DNA of 64,000 nt from Malacoraja senta (lineage: Eukaryota). The number at the start of each line of letters is the position of its first letter. The stretch's first letter is position 1. The stretch lies in the NCBI GenBank assembly GCA_038087875.1, contig CM075994.1:9798001-9862000 (forward strand). The letters run 5' to 3'. Both the position numbers and the translations under genes were made by a program. Under the pieces are notes generated by a model, which was not told where the DNA came from, searched no databases, and saw only the letters and a list, made by a program, of their open reading frames with translations. Shown in pieces: positions 36,889-50,547 of this stretch.

Positions 36889-37143
36889 CCGGAATGTAGA
36901 GAGGAGTTTACAGACCGCAGCCTCAGGGTGAATCGGGCCTTGGCGAGACTGGCTGAGAAAGCTCGAGCACTGAGCCCGAATCTCAAAGAGAAGGAAAGTA
37001 AACTTCACTGCGAGAAACATCAGGAAGAACTGAAGCTGTTTTGTGAAACGGACAAGAAACTGATCTGTGTGATTTGTGCAGCTGGGCGGGAACACAAGTC
37101 TCACAGCTTCATGCCGGTAGATGAAGCGATTGAATTCTACAAG
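36889..37143 (+). CDS. TRIM (A33/TRIM39-like) exon 1 remnant: end of RING and B-box2
   Basis: PECREEF...LRVNRALARL...HCEKHQEELKLFCETDKKLICVIC...EHKSHSFMP; AAG|GTAAAA donor; RING N-terminus and ATG absent. Confidence 0.9.
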
Positions 37144-37233
37144 GTAAAAGAAAATGAACTTTGATCACATCATTGTGTAATCTTTTCTTTATTATCTGAC
37201 ATACTTATTCTCTGATCTGAAACCCAACCCCAG

Positions 37234-37329
37234 GAACAGGTGAAATCTTCTTTCAACTCTCTCACAGAAAAGAAATCAGAGATCGAGCAAATGGAGCAGA
37301 AACAGAAAGAGAGCATTTCTGGAGTTCAG
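37234..37329 (+). CDS. TRIM exon 2 (96 nt, coiled coil)
   Basis: cccag / GTGAGG; EQVKSSFNSLTEKKSEIEQMEQKQKESISGVQ. Confidence 0.9.
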
Positions 37330-38211
37330 GTGAGGCTTTGTACTATCGATTTAATTATTTTGTATAGATTTGATCCCGATGATGCGTGTAATAATGGGCA
37401 ACTCTAAAGCTCAGTAGTCGAGGACACGAGATCTTGGGAGCGGCTGGGCAGACAAGGACTTTACTCCCTGGAGCGCAGGAGTCTGAAGAATGATCTATTG
37501 CAGGTGTATAATATCACGAAATGTTAGGGTGAATACTCAGTCTTTTACCCTGAGTTGGGCGTCCAGCATGCGAGGGCATAGGTTTAAGGTAAGAGGGTAC
37601 AGATTTAATACGAACATTAAGGGCAACTTTGTTAGTGGGTATATGGAATGAGCTACCAGTGGGAGGTAGTTGATTCAGGTACCATAACAATATATAAAAG
37701 ATATTTGAACAAATTCGTGGAGAGAAAATTTTAGCACCAGGTGGGCCAAATGCGGACAGGTGGAAATAGCGCAGATGGGACGTCTTGGTCGGTATCTAGC
37801 ACCCCTTGCTGTATGACTCTATGAAGTCTGTCATTCTAAGTGGTGCTGCTGTCTGCTAGTTCTGGTGACCTGGTTCTGTCCAGTGAGAATTAACGGACAC
37901 ATGAAATGGAATAGGTTGCAGGGAATTGTACTGGGGAAATGGGAATGATGTGCTTGTACATTACTTTCACCAAATATTTCAGAATTATTAACACGAGCTC
38001 TTGAATTGCCAGGGTAATGAAAGCTATGGATTAAATACAGGTAAATGGAATTAGTGCAGATACGTACAGAGCGCAGCATGGGCATGTTGATCCGAGGGGC
38101 CTATTTCTGCACTTCAGGACTCGGGATTCAGTAGCCAAATGTTATCATCCATGTCATGAGAAAACACAGCAGAGTGACATAATATATTGATTCTCATCTT
38201 TCATCTGACAG

Positions 38212-38445
38212 GAAGCGTCACGCAACCTTCAGTCACAGACCACATTCCAGTTTGCTGAACTGCACCAGATTCTCACTGAGAAAGAGCAGCGCGCACTCGG
38301 AGATATCCTGGAAGATGAGGCGAAGATTGTAAAAACAATGGAGAAAAATCTTCAAGAGATACAAAAGAATTTAAATTCCATTCAGGAGGAACTCTCAAAG
38401 TTACAGGAACAGATAGACCACAAGGACGGCGTGATATTTCTGAAG
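38212..38445 (+). CDS. TRIM exon 3 (234 nt, coiled coil)
   Basis: gacag / GTGAGG; EASRNLQSQTTFQFAELHQILTEKEQ...GVIFLK, open. Confidence 0.92.
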
Positions 38446-39105
38446 GTGAGGGGTTACACTACAGTTTGGTGAAGTGAAAGTGCACAGTCACAAAATGGCA
38501 GGTTAAATTTCTGAAATAAATGCTGCATTTACCAGTAAATCAGTGCTGGGTCAATGTTCCGTCTGTTCCATCTACTCACCACATCCGACAATAATGCCCC
38601 AAATTCCACGAATCCTCATGCATTGATCCCACTTCAACTTAAATTTATCTGCAATATTGTCTTCAGGCCACCCTGTGAGTTCCACATTCTGTTTACTGCA
38701 TTTCTTGTGAAAGTTATTAAAGGCCATCTTATATTTCAGCTTTGATTTTTGGTCTCCCCACAAGTAGTGATAATATTTCCAACCCCCACCCATTTAAATC
38801 CGCCACTGATCTTAAAATATTCCATCCCATTATCTCTGACATCTTCTCCAGATAAAACCCCACGACCTGCCCGGTCTTACTCGTAAGTTGCATACACGCA
38901 GTTACTTTCATCGACATTCCTAATGCTTTCCCCCCGTGTTCGATGTCTCTACGACAATATCCACTTTCTGTCTGTGTGACAGCGGCAAAGAGTTGGGAAA
39001 TGGGAATTATCAGAGGGTTTTTTGTAGCAATTTGGTCAAATATCCGCTGTCGGTATCATGATGATCCATCTCAGTCTATTGAGATTTGTGTTTTATTTAT
39101 TTCAG

Positions 39106-39128
39106 GAGGAAGCTGGTCGCAAGAGGAG
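39106..39128 (+). CDS. TRIM exon 4 (23-nt micro-exon)
   Basis: tttcag / GTAGGA; a 23-nt exon at this position is characteristic of class IV TRIM genes. Confidence 0.85.
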
Positions 39129-39226
39129 GTAGGACATGCTTTTAACTGAAACAATGTATGTTTTTATAGTACAGCTCAGTAAAACAGCTAATGCTCAGTT
39201 TCTAACCAGCTGTTAAATATTTGCAG

Positions 39227-39345
39227 GGTTAGTGATGAATCCAAACCAATGTTGGTTGTAGATGGTGCGATGACCATTGAAAAGTATGATCGCACCTTTT
39301 TCTACAACATGGCATTTAGAGAAACATCTGATCTCATCAACCAAG
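39227..39345 (+). CDS. TRIM exon 5 (119 nt, linker)
   Basis: ttgcag / GTAAAA; phase 2 in and phase 1 out restore the frame with exons 4 and 6. Confidence 0.88.
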
Positions 39346-39837
39346 GTAAAACTAATACCTTTCCCATTGTTCTTTTTTAAGACATCTTTATGCAATACTT
39401 ATATGTGAAGATTAATGGTATTAATGGACCCTGGGGGAAGCATCACAGAGACAGATAGCGAAGTTTGTTTGCACTTGAACGAATCCTTGTTCCTGGGAGA
39501 ATGGGTTTGCTGTGCTGGGTGAAATTGTGTAGACTCGGCCTGTGTAGTCGAGAGTTCAGGTGTATTAGAGGAGATCTCAATGAAACACAAAGTCCTTACA
39601 GGGTTCAGTGGACTGGATGCAGGGAGGATGTTTCTGCACCGGTGGCTGTGGATAATCAGTCATTCAGTGCTCTTGGACCCAGAGAGCCATGGTTGTGCAT
39701 TACAGTCAGGCCCTTCGGCCCATCGCGTCCATGTTCACCTTTTTTCCCAGCCACACAAAACCCATTTTACCACATTAGATCGGTATTATTCTACATCTCA
39801 TTTGCTAAATCGCAATGTCTCTTAGATGTAGTGATTA

Positions 39838-42779
39838 TATAACCATATAACCATAACAGCACGGAAACAGGCCATCTCGGCCCTTCAAGTCCGTGCCGAA
39901 CATTAAATTAAAAATAAATACTTCCCCCTAGTCCCATCTACCTGCACTCGGACCATAACCCTCGATTCCTTTCCCGTCCATATACCCATCCAATCTATTT
40001 TTAAAGGATAACATCGAACCTGCCTCCACCACTTCCACTGGATGCTCATTCCACACAGCTACCACTCTCTGAGTAAAGAAGTTCCCCCTAATGTTCCCCC
40101 TAAACTTCTGTCCCTTAATTCTCAAGTCATGTCCCCTTGTTTGAATCTTCCCTACTCTCAATGGGAAAAGCTTATCCACGTCCACTCTGTCTAACCCGCT
40201 CATAATTTTAAAGACCTCTATCAAGTCCCCTCTTAACCTTCTGCGCTCCAAAGAATAAAGACCTAACTTGTTCAACCTTTCTCTGTAACTTAGTTGCTGA
40301 AACCCAGGCAACATTCCAGTAAATCTCCTCTGTACTCTCTCTATTTTGTTGACATCCTTCCTATAATTAGGCGACCAAAATTGTACTCCATACTCCAGAA
40401 TTGGCCTCACCAATGCCTTGTACAATTTTAACATTACATCCCAACTTCTATATTCAATGCTCTGATTTATAAAGGCCAGCACACCAAAAGCTTTCTTTAC
40501 CACCCTATCTACATGAGATTCCACCTTCAGGGAACTATGCACAGTTATTCCTAGATCCCTCTGTTCAACTGTATTCCTCAATTCGCTACCATTTACCGTG
40601 TACGTCCTATTTTGATTTGTCCTGCCGAGATGTAGCACCTCACATTTGTCAGCATTAAACTCCATCTGCCATCTTTCAGCCCACTCTTCCAAATGGCCTA
40701 AATCTCTCTGTAGACTTTGAAAATCTACTTCATTATCCACAACACCACCTATCTTAGTATCATCTGCATACTTACTAATCCAATTTTCCACACCATCATC
40801 CAGATCATTGATGTACATGACAAACAACAGTGGACCCAACACAGACCCCTGAGGCACCCCACTAGTCACCGGCCTCCAACCTGACAAACGGCCATCCACC
40901 ATTACTCTCTGGCATCTCCCATTCAGCCACTGTTGAATCTTGCTATTCCACCATTAATACCCAACAATTGAATCTTCTTAACCAACCTTCCATGAGGAAC
41001 CTTGTCAAAAGCCTTACTGAAGTCCATATAGACAACATCCACTGCTTTACCCTCATCAATTTCCCTAGTAACCTCTTCGAAAAATTCAAGAAGATTAGTC
41101 AAGCATGACCTTCCAGACACAAATCCATGTTGACTGTTCCTAATCAGACCCTGCTTATCCAGATGCTTATATATATAATCTTTAAGTATCCTTTCCATTA
41201 ATTTGCCCACCACTGACGTCAAACTAACAGGTCTATAATTGCTAGGTTTACTCTTCGAACCCTTTTTAAACAACGGAACAACATGCGCAGTACGCCAATC
41301 CTCCGGCACTATTCCCGTTTCTAATGACATTTGAAATATTTCTGTCATAGCCCCTGCTATTTCTACACTAACTTCCCTCAATGTCCTAGGGAATATCCTG
41401 TCAGGACCTGGAGACTTATCCGTTTTCATATTTTTCAAAAGTGTCCGCACCTCCTCTTCTTTGAATCTCATGGTTTCCATTGCTACTCTGCTTGTTTCCC
41501 TTACCTCACATAATTCCATATCCTTCTCCTTCGTGAATACCGAAGAAAAGTAATTGTTCATTATCTCCCCCAACTCTTTTGGCTCTGCAGATAGCTGTCC
41601 ACTCTGACCCTCTAATGGACCAATTGTATTCCTTGTTATCCTTTTGCTATTAATATAGCTGTAGAAACCCTTTGGATTTACTTTCACCTTACTTGCCAAA
41701 GCAACCTCATATCTTCTTTTAGCTTTTCTAATTTCTTTCTTAATATTATTTTTACATTCTTTATACTCCTCAAGCACCTCATTTACTCCATGCTGCCTAT
41801 AATTATTGTAGATCTCTCCATTTCTCTTCTACATCCTTCCCATAAAACAACATGTCCCAATTCACTCCTTTTAAATCCTTTCGCATCTCCTCAAAGTTAG
41901 CCTTTCTCCAAACAAAAATCTCAACCCTAGGTCCAGTTCTGACCCTCTCCATAATTATATTGAAACTAATGGTATTGTGATCACTGGACCCGAAGTGCTC
42001 CCCGCCGCATACCTCCGCCACCTGCCCCTGTCTCATTTCCTAACAGGAGGTCCAGCACTGCCCCTTCTCTAGTAGGTACCTCTATGTATTGCTTCAAAAA
42101 AGTATCTTGCACACATTTTACAAACTCCAAACCAACCAGCCCTTTTACAGAATGTGTTTCCCAGTCTATGTGTGGAAAATTGAAATCTCCCACAATCACT
42201 ACCTTGTGCTTACTACTAATATCTGCCATCTCCTTACATATTTGCTCTTCCAATTCTCGCTCCCCATTTGGCGGTCTATAATACACCCCTATAAGTGTTG
42301 CTACACCTTTCCCATTTCTCAGTTCCACCCAAATAGCCTCCCTAGACGAGCCCTTTAATCTATCCTGCCAAAGCACTGCTGTAATATCTTCCTTGACAAG
42401 CAATGCAACACGCCCATCTCTTGCCCCTCCAATTCTATCACCCCTGAAGCAACGAAATCCTGGAATATTTATTTGCCAATCACAGCCCTCCTGCAACCAT
42501 GTTTCACTGATCGCCACAACATCATACTTCCAGGTGTCAATCCAGGCTCTAAGCTCATCCACCTTTCTTACAATGCTCCTAGCATTAAAATATACACATT
42601 TAAGAAACCCACCACCACTTATTCTCTGTTTATTATCTTTTTCTTCTTTCTGCCCTACATTTTGGGTCCGAGTGCTTCCCTTCTCTGCCTCCTGCCTCCC
42701 ACATTTTCCACTAGCTTTCTCTATTTGAGTCCCTCCCCGCAACCGCTCTAGTTTAAAGTCTCCCCAGTAGCCTTTGCTA
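39838..42779 (-). mobile_element. CR1 (family A) ORF2 copy in TRIM intron 5
   Basis: ORFs 41981-42742, 41803-42036, 40923-41777, 39928-40902; (TGGTTATA)n tail; highly similar to 271-4090. Confidence 0.95.
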
Positions 42780-43760
42780 CATCTGATTCCACCACCTCCT
42801 CTGGCAAAATATTCCAGGTATTAACAACTCTTTGTGTGAAGAAAACTGCGTCCTCCAGTATTGATATCGTTGCATGACAATAAGGTTTTGATGATCCAGC
42901 CTATATCCTGCTGCAGACTTTGACAGACTACCTTGGTATCCACAACATTACCCGTTCCCCACAAACGTAGTAGTCACACCTCCTACATTCACATCCAAGC
43001 CATGAAAACATAAAATATACCGCAAAGGTTGCAGCACCGATCCCTGCTGCACACCACCAGTCACAAACCTCCAGGCAGCAAAATCATCCTTCTACCGCTA
43101 CCTTCTACCTCCAACCACCAAGCCAATTGTAGGTCCATTTTACCAACTCGTCTTGGATTTCACCTGCCTTCGCTTTCTGGATCAGCCTTACATGCAAAAC
43201 ATTGTCAAGTCACTCAGTGAAGCTCATATATTGCTTCACAATGAGATCAGAATGTTCTTGGTTGTACCGACGCACCAATTCCACTCTCTAGTAAAGAAAG
43301 CAAGTAAACAGTAGCAGATTGCCTCGCCCGTCCAGTCCACTCCCGTTCAGTATGATCACGGCAACCCCACCCCACATCTCTACATCCTCTGTAACCACCT
43401 CTAGTTACAACTCACATCCGTCTCCTCATCTTCCAATCTGCCTCTCCCTCGCCATCTACTGACAAGATATTTAAATACTCGCCTTATTTCTCCATCTCCA
43501 CCCGCAATGTCTCGTTCATCCTCACTTTACGCATTCGTTTTCCCCCGTCCGCACGCCTCGCCCGCTCCCATTCCCGATAACCCGCGGAATTCCCCCTCTC
43601 CTGCCCGGTTGACAAACTCCCGGAAAGATGCCTGTTGTCCATTCGATGTGGTTGGGGTGACACACTGGGTAAGGTGTCAGTTGTCCGCCCGCCTGTGCCC
43701 GAGTCTCCCCCACACCGACCCCCGGGGACTGACTCTCTGATTGTCTGCCTCTCCCCCCAG

Positions 43761-44290
43761 TCTCCGTCACCCTGGATGTGGAAACAGCGCATGCGCAACT
43801 TGAGGTGTCTGAGGATCGGAAGAGGGTGAGATGGACCCGGACCCGGAGGAGTCTCCCTGACACCGGGAAGAGGTTTACATTCAGTCTGTGTGTGTTGGGA
43901 TCGGAGGGATTCACATCGGGGAGACATTACTGGGAGGTGGAGGTGGCGGAGAATCGGATCTGGAGTCTGGGAGTCGTCGCAGAGTCTGTGGATAGGAAAG
44001 GAGAGGACGACCTGACCCCGGAGACTGGTGTCTGGAGCATCTGGCGGCTGGGTGACGGGTTTGTTGCTCTCACCTCCCCTCCATCCCATCTTCCCGCCCG
44101 TCCCATCCCCGGGAGGGTGGGAGTTTATCTCAGTTACGAGTCCGGATCAGTTTCATTTTACGACGCGGACACCAAGTCCCATCTCCACACCTTCACTGGG
44201 AATAAATTCACGGAGAAACTTTATCCTTTCTTCGAGACTTGGGATGTAAACTGGCTGAGAATCTGCTCCGGTTCCGCTCCGGGTGTGTAA
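43761..44290 (+). CDS. TRIM exon 6: PRY/SPRY (B30.2) domain
   Basis: ctccccccag acceptor; VTLDVETAH...LCVLGSEGFTSGRHYWEVEV...RVGVYLSYESGSVSFYD...LYPFF; TAA at 44288-44290; AATAAA at 44437-44442. Confidence 0.95.
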
Positions 44291-44562
44291 AAGGGTCGGG
44301 TCCCGGGACCGGCGTCAGGAGCGGGGCTCAGCCAGGGGCTGTGGGGCAGAAACCCGGTGGACAACAGGTCGGCGCTGAACGGCTCCCATTTAATCCCCAA
44401 ATTCCGCGTCGTGAAACAAACCCCAGTGAGCGCGGAAATAAAACCAGGGGGAATGTAAATGTAGGAAGAGTGAAATAAACAGCAACTGAAATCAGATCTG
44501 TCTGTCGATCCGTTCATTTTAACGCGTTAACCGCGTCCGGCAACGGAACAGAAATTACTTTT

Positions 44563-45025
44563 GTGAACAAGTTAGGTCTTTATTCTTTGGAGCGCAGAAG
44601 GTTAAGAGGGGACTTGATAGAGGTCTTTAAAATTATGAGCGGGTTAGGCAGAGTGGACGTGGATAAGCTTTTCCCATTGAGAGTAGGGAAGATTCAAACA
44701 AGGGGACATGACTTGAGAATTAAGGGACAGAAGTTTAGGGGGAACATTAGGGGGAACTTCTTTACTCAGAGAGTGGTAGCTGTGTGGAATGAGCTTCCAG
44801 TGGAAGTGGTGGAGGCAGGTTCGATGTTATCCTTTAAAAATAGATTGGATGGGTATATGGACGGGAAAGGAATGGAGGGTTATGGTCTGAGTGCAGGTAG
44901 ATGGGACTAGGGGGAGGTATTTTATTTTTAATTTAAAAAATAAATTAAAAAAAATTAAATGTTCGGCACGGACTTGAAGGGCCGAGATGGCCTGTTTCTG
45001 TGCTGTTATGGTTATATGGTTATAT
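44563..45025 (+). mobile_element. CR1 (family A) 3' fragment
   Basis: LGLYSLERRRLRGDLIEVFK...; TGGTTATA tail. Confidence 0.9.
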
Positions 45026-45530
45026 TATATGGCACAATCTCTTGTCTGAACAATATATTACTCTGTGCAACTGGTCAGATTAAGTTTTTAAAGGCAATGC
45101 AGTAAAGAATTTAGTTTAGAGAATAAGCATGGAAACAGACCTATCGGCCTACCGAGTCCATGCTGACCACTGATCTACCGATGTTTGTTCTATGTTACCC
45201 CACATGCTCATTGCCTCCAGTGTGCAGGGTGTCAATTAAAAAAAAAGCAGAAGCCAATTAACCTACAAAAAAGAAATATAAAGATTGAAACAATCTCCCT
45301 TCCCGCGGGTTCAGCAGCAGCCGCGGGCGGCGGGTCCTGAGCTCCGGGCTCCCCCTGGTCCTAAAGTCCGCCGACTCTGACAATTTATAGCGTGTTTGCA
45401 GCATTTGCTCCAAACACAACAGATTTGTTTTCCTCGGAACGGATCTTTGGAAGAATGGGTTCAAACCGAATACCCGGTTCCAGGTGGGAGCCCGTTGTGC
45501 TCAGGCTCTGCCTGTCTCTCTGTAGGATAC

Positions 45531-45703
45531 TGTTGTGTATTTGGTACTTGGAATTGACTTTAAATAACACTCAGACACGGGAGTAAAACTAACAAGCTTC
45601 TTAATTCCAGATCGCCACCTTGAGTCTCTCCTGCACATGCGTACCATTGCACAAGACATCAAATATTTTAATTACATTACATACCTAACATTCCTCCCCC
45701 TTT
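45531..45703 (-). mobile_element. Putative 3' LTR (160 bp, TGTT...AACA) preceded by a polypurine tract
   Basis: Minus strand AAAGGGGGAGGAA (45703-45691) directly followed by TGTTAGG...; ends ...CACAACA at 45531. Confidence 0.65.
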
Positions 45704-45927
45704 AACTTGGAGGCAGGTAACAGCATTTCTATTACATAAACAGCACTCCTCCCCTTTTAACTCAATTTCACCTTCACGGTATATGCTCTTTACCTAACAT
45801 ATAATTGATTAATATCGGTTGCAAAATTGTATTATTACAGTCATCTTACTCATAACTGTAATAATCATATCTAAACTTAGCACATACTTTTTTCATTCCA
45901 CTCATCTTCCTTAAACAAAATACATTA

Positions 45928-47262
45928 TAGATACATAGATACATAGAAAATAGGTGCAGGAGTAGACCATTCGGCCCTTCGAGCCTGCACCACCACTCAA
46001 TATGATCATGGCTGATCATCCAACTCAGTATCCCGTACCTGCCTTCACTCCATACCCCCTGATCCCTTTAGCCACAAGGGCCACGTCTAACTCCCTCTTA
46101 AATATAGCCAATGAACTGGCCTCCACTACCCTCTGTGGCAGAGAGTTCCAGAGATTCACCACTCTCTGTGTGGAAAAGTTTTTTCTCATCTCGGTCTTAA
46201 AGGATTTCCCCCTTATCCTTAAGCTGCGACCCCTTGTCCTGGACTTCCCCAACATCGGGAACAATCTTCCTGCATCTAGCCTGTCCAACCCCATAAGAAT
46301 TTTGTACGTTTCTATAAGATCCCCTCTCAATCTCCTAAATTCTAGCGAGTATAAGCAAAGTCTATCCAGTCTTTCTTCATATGAAAGTCCTCACATTCCA
46401 GGAATCAGTCTGGTGAACTTTCTCTGCACTCCCTCTATGGCTATAATGTCCTTCCTCAGATTTGGAGACCAAAACTGTACGCAATACTCCAAGTGTAGTC
46501 TCACCAAGACCATGTACAACTGCAGTAGAACCTCCCTGCTCCTATACTCAAATCCTTTTGCTAAGAAAGCTAACATACCATTCGCTTTCTTCACTGCCTG
46601 CTGCACCTGCATGCCTACTTTCAATGACTGGTGTACCATGACACCCAGGTCTCGCTGCATCTCCCCTTTTCCTAATCGGCCACCATTTAGATAATAGTCT
46701 GCTTTCCTGTTTTTGCCACCAAAGTGGATAACCTCACATTTATCCACATTATACTGCATCTGCCAAACATTTGCCCACTCACCCAGCCTATCCAAGTCAC
46801 CTTGCAGTCTCCTAGCATCCTCCTCACAGCTAACACTGCCCCCCAGCTTAGTGTCATCCGCAAACTTGGAGATGTTGCCTTCAATTCCCTCATCCAGGTC
46901 ATTAATATAAATTGTAAATAGCTGGGGTCCCAGCACTGAGCCTTGCGGTACCCCACTAGTCACTGCCTGCCATTGTGAAAATGACCCGTTTACTTCTACT
47001 CTTTGCTTCCTGTTAGCCAGCCAGTTCTCTATCCACATCAATACTGAACCCGCAATACCGTGTGCTTTAAGTTTGTATACTAATCTCTTATGTGGGACCT
47101 TCTCGAAAGCCTTCTGAAAGTCCAGATACAACACATCCTCTGGTTCTCCCCTATCCACTCTACTAGTTACATCCTCAAAAAATTCTATAAGATTCGTCAG
47201 ACATGATTTACCTTTCGTAAATCCATGCTGACTTTGTCCAATGATGTCACCACTTTCCAATG
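45928..47262 (-). mobile_element. CR1 (family B) RT and 3' fragment
   Basis: ORFs 46391-47272 and 46025-46330; 8-mer tail. Confidence 0.92.
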
Positions 47263-47610
47263 ATGGCACCATTATCCCTTGCTTTATGTGTTATCCTTTT
47301 CCGTTCCCTTATGTGTAAATTGCGCACTCTTTCGAATCGCCCTATCTCTGCCTGTATCTCTGCCTCTTCCCATTTTTAAATGTCCTAATCTAATTTTGCA
47401 GATTTTTTCCTGTTCCTGTTCATTATTTGTAGGTGGCAGCTGACACATGGCTGCAGGTTTTCGTTTTGCTAGCGGCTTGCTTTGTCGCTCAATTTCCTCG
47501 CGCTGCGTATTTTTCTGCTCTTGCTGTTTAATGAGATTCTGCAATGCATAACCATTTGTCCATTGCTCATTGAAGGAGGCTCAATACTGGACTGTAGTGA
47601 ATTGTCCTAG

Positions 47611-48220
47611 TCACAATCGGTGCTGCATACTTTTGTCTCGACCGACAAGCCTCTCTTCTTTAGACACTTCTATTAGCAGCTTTTTACTCATTATCACACA
47701 TTTATTTAACCGTTCTTTGTATCGTTTAAGCCTTTTCTGTTGTTCATCTATTTGTCTTCTTAAGTCACATTTCTGGTTCTTCATCAAGAAGTAGGATCTA
47801 TATTGTCTTTGCAATACAAGAGTGGCTTTGATTTGTGCTCTGTATAGTTTTCTTGCTTCATAAGCACGGTAGTGAGACTGCACTACAATTCCTGTATAAT
47901 TCAGTTTGAGGAAGTCTTTCCTATATCTTTTAAGCCTTTTGTATACTTTAAGCCTTTTCTGTTGTGCATCTATTTGTCTTCTTAAGTCTTTCCTATACCA
48001 ACTCATACGGAGTACTGACTGTACTTTTATAGTAGCCCCCTTTTGCTTAATCCACTGCCTAACCACCATACCCTTGTAGGCAGCGTGAATGGTAATGGTT
48101 GCATACCCATTGACTGATATTGCACAAACTGGGAATGCCCTATTTTGCATGCTTTGTACCATCTCTGGATCGAAATGACTGCTTGTCGCATAGCTCTATA
48201 GCGTACCCTTGATCGTTTAT
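47611..48220 (-). pseudogene. ASPM-derived IQ array, distal part (frameshifted), followed by a basic coiled-coil tail
   Basis: [10 protein letters not shown] (another frame, ~48150-48185), [33 protein letters not shown]; internal ~40-bp duplication encoding DLRRQIDxQQKRLK. Confidence 0.75.
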
Positions 48221-49508
48221 ATTATTATTATTATTATTTTTTTTTAAAATAATATTTTTATTAGAAGCAGGTACATATCATGTTGAAAACCTTTCATGTA
48301 TTTCATTTCTACATTCCTAATATTATCAAACGTTATTCGTGTTGCCTCCAATAGTTTTTTTTTATATAGATAGAAAATAAGAAAATAGCAGAAAAAGAAA
48401 AAAAAGGGATAATAAAGAAGAATGAACTTACTAAAAGTACATCATTTGAGATATATTCGTACATTTTAAAGTATAACTTTTCATCTAATCCTTGGCTCGA
48501 GTTTTAGTCAGGTTCTCGTGTCGAACCAGTCTGACCCTTCAAGTAGTCAATAAATGGAGACCATGTTCTGATAACTAATTCTTGTTTGTCCATTAGGACA
48601 AGTCTAATTCTTTCCAAATGTAAGGTCTCTGACATTTCTATAATCCACATTTTACTTGTGGGGGTTATAGGAACTTTCCAAAATTTTCATATTAATTTTT
48701 TTCCAGTTATTATACTACAATCAATAAAGTTTCTTTGAGTTGTTGTAAATGTTTGATTTTGTTCTAATATTCCAAGTATTATTAATTTTAAATCAGGATC
48801 CAATTGAATGTTGACAACTACAGATATTATTCTGAAAATATCTGCCCAAAATGTTTTAATTTTTATACAATTCGCAAATGTACGAGTTAGATTAGCATCT
48901 AAATGTTGACATTTATCACAAATAGGGGAGATGTGTGGGAAGATTCTATTTAGTTTTGTTTTAGAATAATGTAATCTGTGTAGTACTTTGAATTGTATTA
49001 GAGTGTATCTGGCATTTAATGAACATTGATGTATATGTTGTAAACTTTCTTCCCAAGTATCTTTCGTTATTGTTTGGTTTAGTTCCTTTTCCCATGTTTG
49101 CCTATATAAATCCGTCGATGGTATCTCACTATCTAATAAGGTGTTATATATATGAGATATTAATTTTTCTCTATTAGGGTGTTTATTCAAACAGTCATCA
49201 ATGATTTCTGGATCTCTAGTTCTAAAGTTTTGAGTGTTTGCTTTGACATAATCTCTAAGTTGTAGATATCTGAAAAAATCATTTAAGTGGAGTCCATAAG
49301 TCTGTTGTAGCTCCTGAAATGAAAGAAAGGTGCCTTTCTTATAAAGTTGTCCCATCATTTTAATTCCATAATTTTTCCATTGTATGAAACCTTTATCTAA
49401 CCTAGAAGGTTTAAATAAAGGGTTATTCACAATGGGAAGAAAGAGTGATAAATTATCCAATTTTAAGGTCTTTTTTAATTGTTTCCAAATTCGCATACCA
49501 CTGTATAT

Positions 49509-50547
49509 AGCAATGTTACAAAATTTTGAGATTTAAAAAATAAAGTCTGCAATTTATCCCATCAGATAAAGCATAAAAAAAAGTTTAATTTGACACTTAA
49601 TTCACTTTCATATCTTCAGTATTAAAAAAGTTATGGCCATTATCATACTCAGAAATTAGCATCTAGTTCCCTATTGCTTTTCCATTGACTTAACACAAAA
49701 GCTGTGATCGAGGACAGTTAAAAGCCCATAACTTTCTTAAAAATTATGATAACTGAAAGAAATTTTCAGTTATTATAGATTGAAGCATTCTGAAACAAAT
49801 ATGAAACAATCTTACTTCGAAGACATGAAAGTAAAGCATATAATTAGTTTGTTACCTAATTGTAGCTAATTACAAAATTCAATTACTAGATCTAAACATC
49901 TATCAATTTCTTAAGAATAGATTAACATTTTTAAATAGCCTAAGTGTCCAAATAACATTCACACAATAATTCACAATATAACATAATTTTTAAATCTAAT
50001 TTTCATGAATTTACAGGCCAAATGGAAGGAATTGAATGTTTAATACCTGTAAATTAATGGGCATTTAATTCATCTTGTGAGTGAGGTTTTCTGGAACGCG
50101 ATCTTTTGGAACGTTGATTTGCGGTGAATTTAACCCCGTATTGGTATGAAAAATACTGCCGTTAATTCGGGGAATAAAATCACCGTGTCGCATGAAAAAA
50201 TGTGAATTAAAGGCTTCTTAAGAAGCACTTTTATACATTTAAAGAAAGCACTTTCGTTTACCTGTCCCATGCGTGAAATCCGTCCCCGTTATCGGCGTTG
50301 ACGCTTCAGGAGCTGATTTTAAAATTATTGTAGCGCTGACATTGACGATTTAATAAAAATAAAAAATTCACTCATCGCCACTAGGAACGATTCATCAGCC
50401 AACGCTTGTACTCCAACACAATATTAACTAGGACAAGGGAGGAGAAACCCGCGTTTTAACCCCGCCCCCCCTTAAAGGCGCCAAAATCGCGCACACGGCC
50501 AGTGGCAGAATTACAGCGCGACTGAAGGTAAGTTTTGTAACATACCT
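49509..50547. mobile_element. Non-autonomous TIR DNA transposon with 9-bp TSD
   Basis: TSD ACTGTATAT at 49500-49508 and 50548-50556; TIRs AGCAATGTTACAAAA / TTTTGTAACATACCT; removal restores L1 NPIIYSGMRIW. Confidence 0.88.

Noticed and set aside
43484..44089. 201-aa minus-strand ORF
   Set aside because: Antisense to the GC-rich PRY/SPRY exon and its intron.
46002..46694. 230-aa + strand ORF and similar antisense ORFs
   Set aside because: Antisense shadows of CR1 ORF2.
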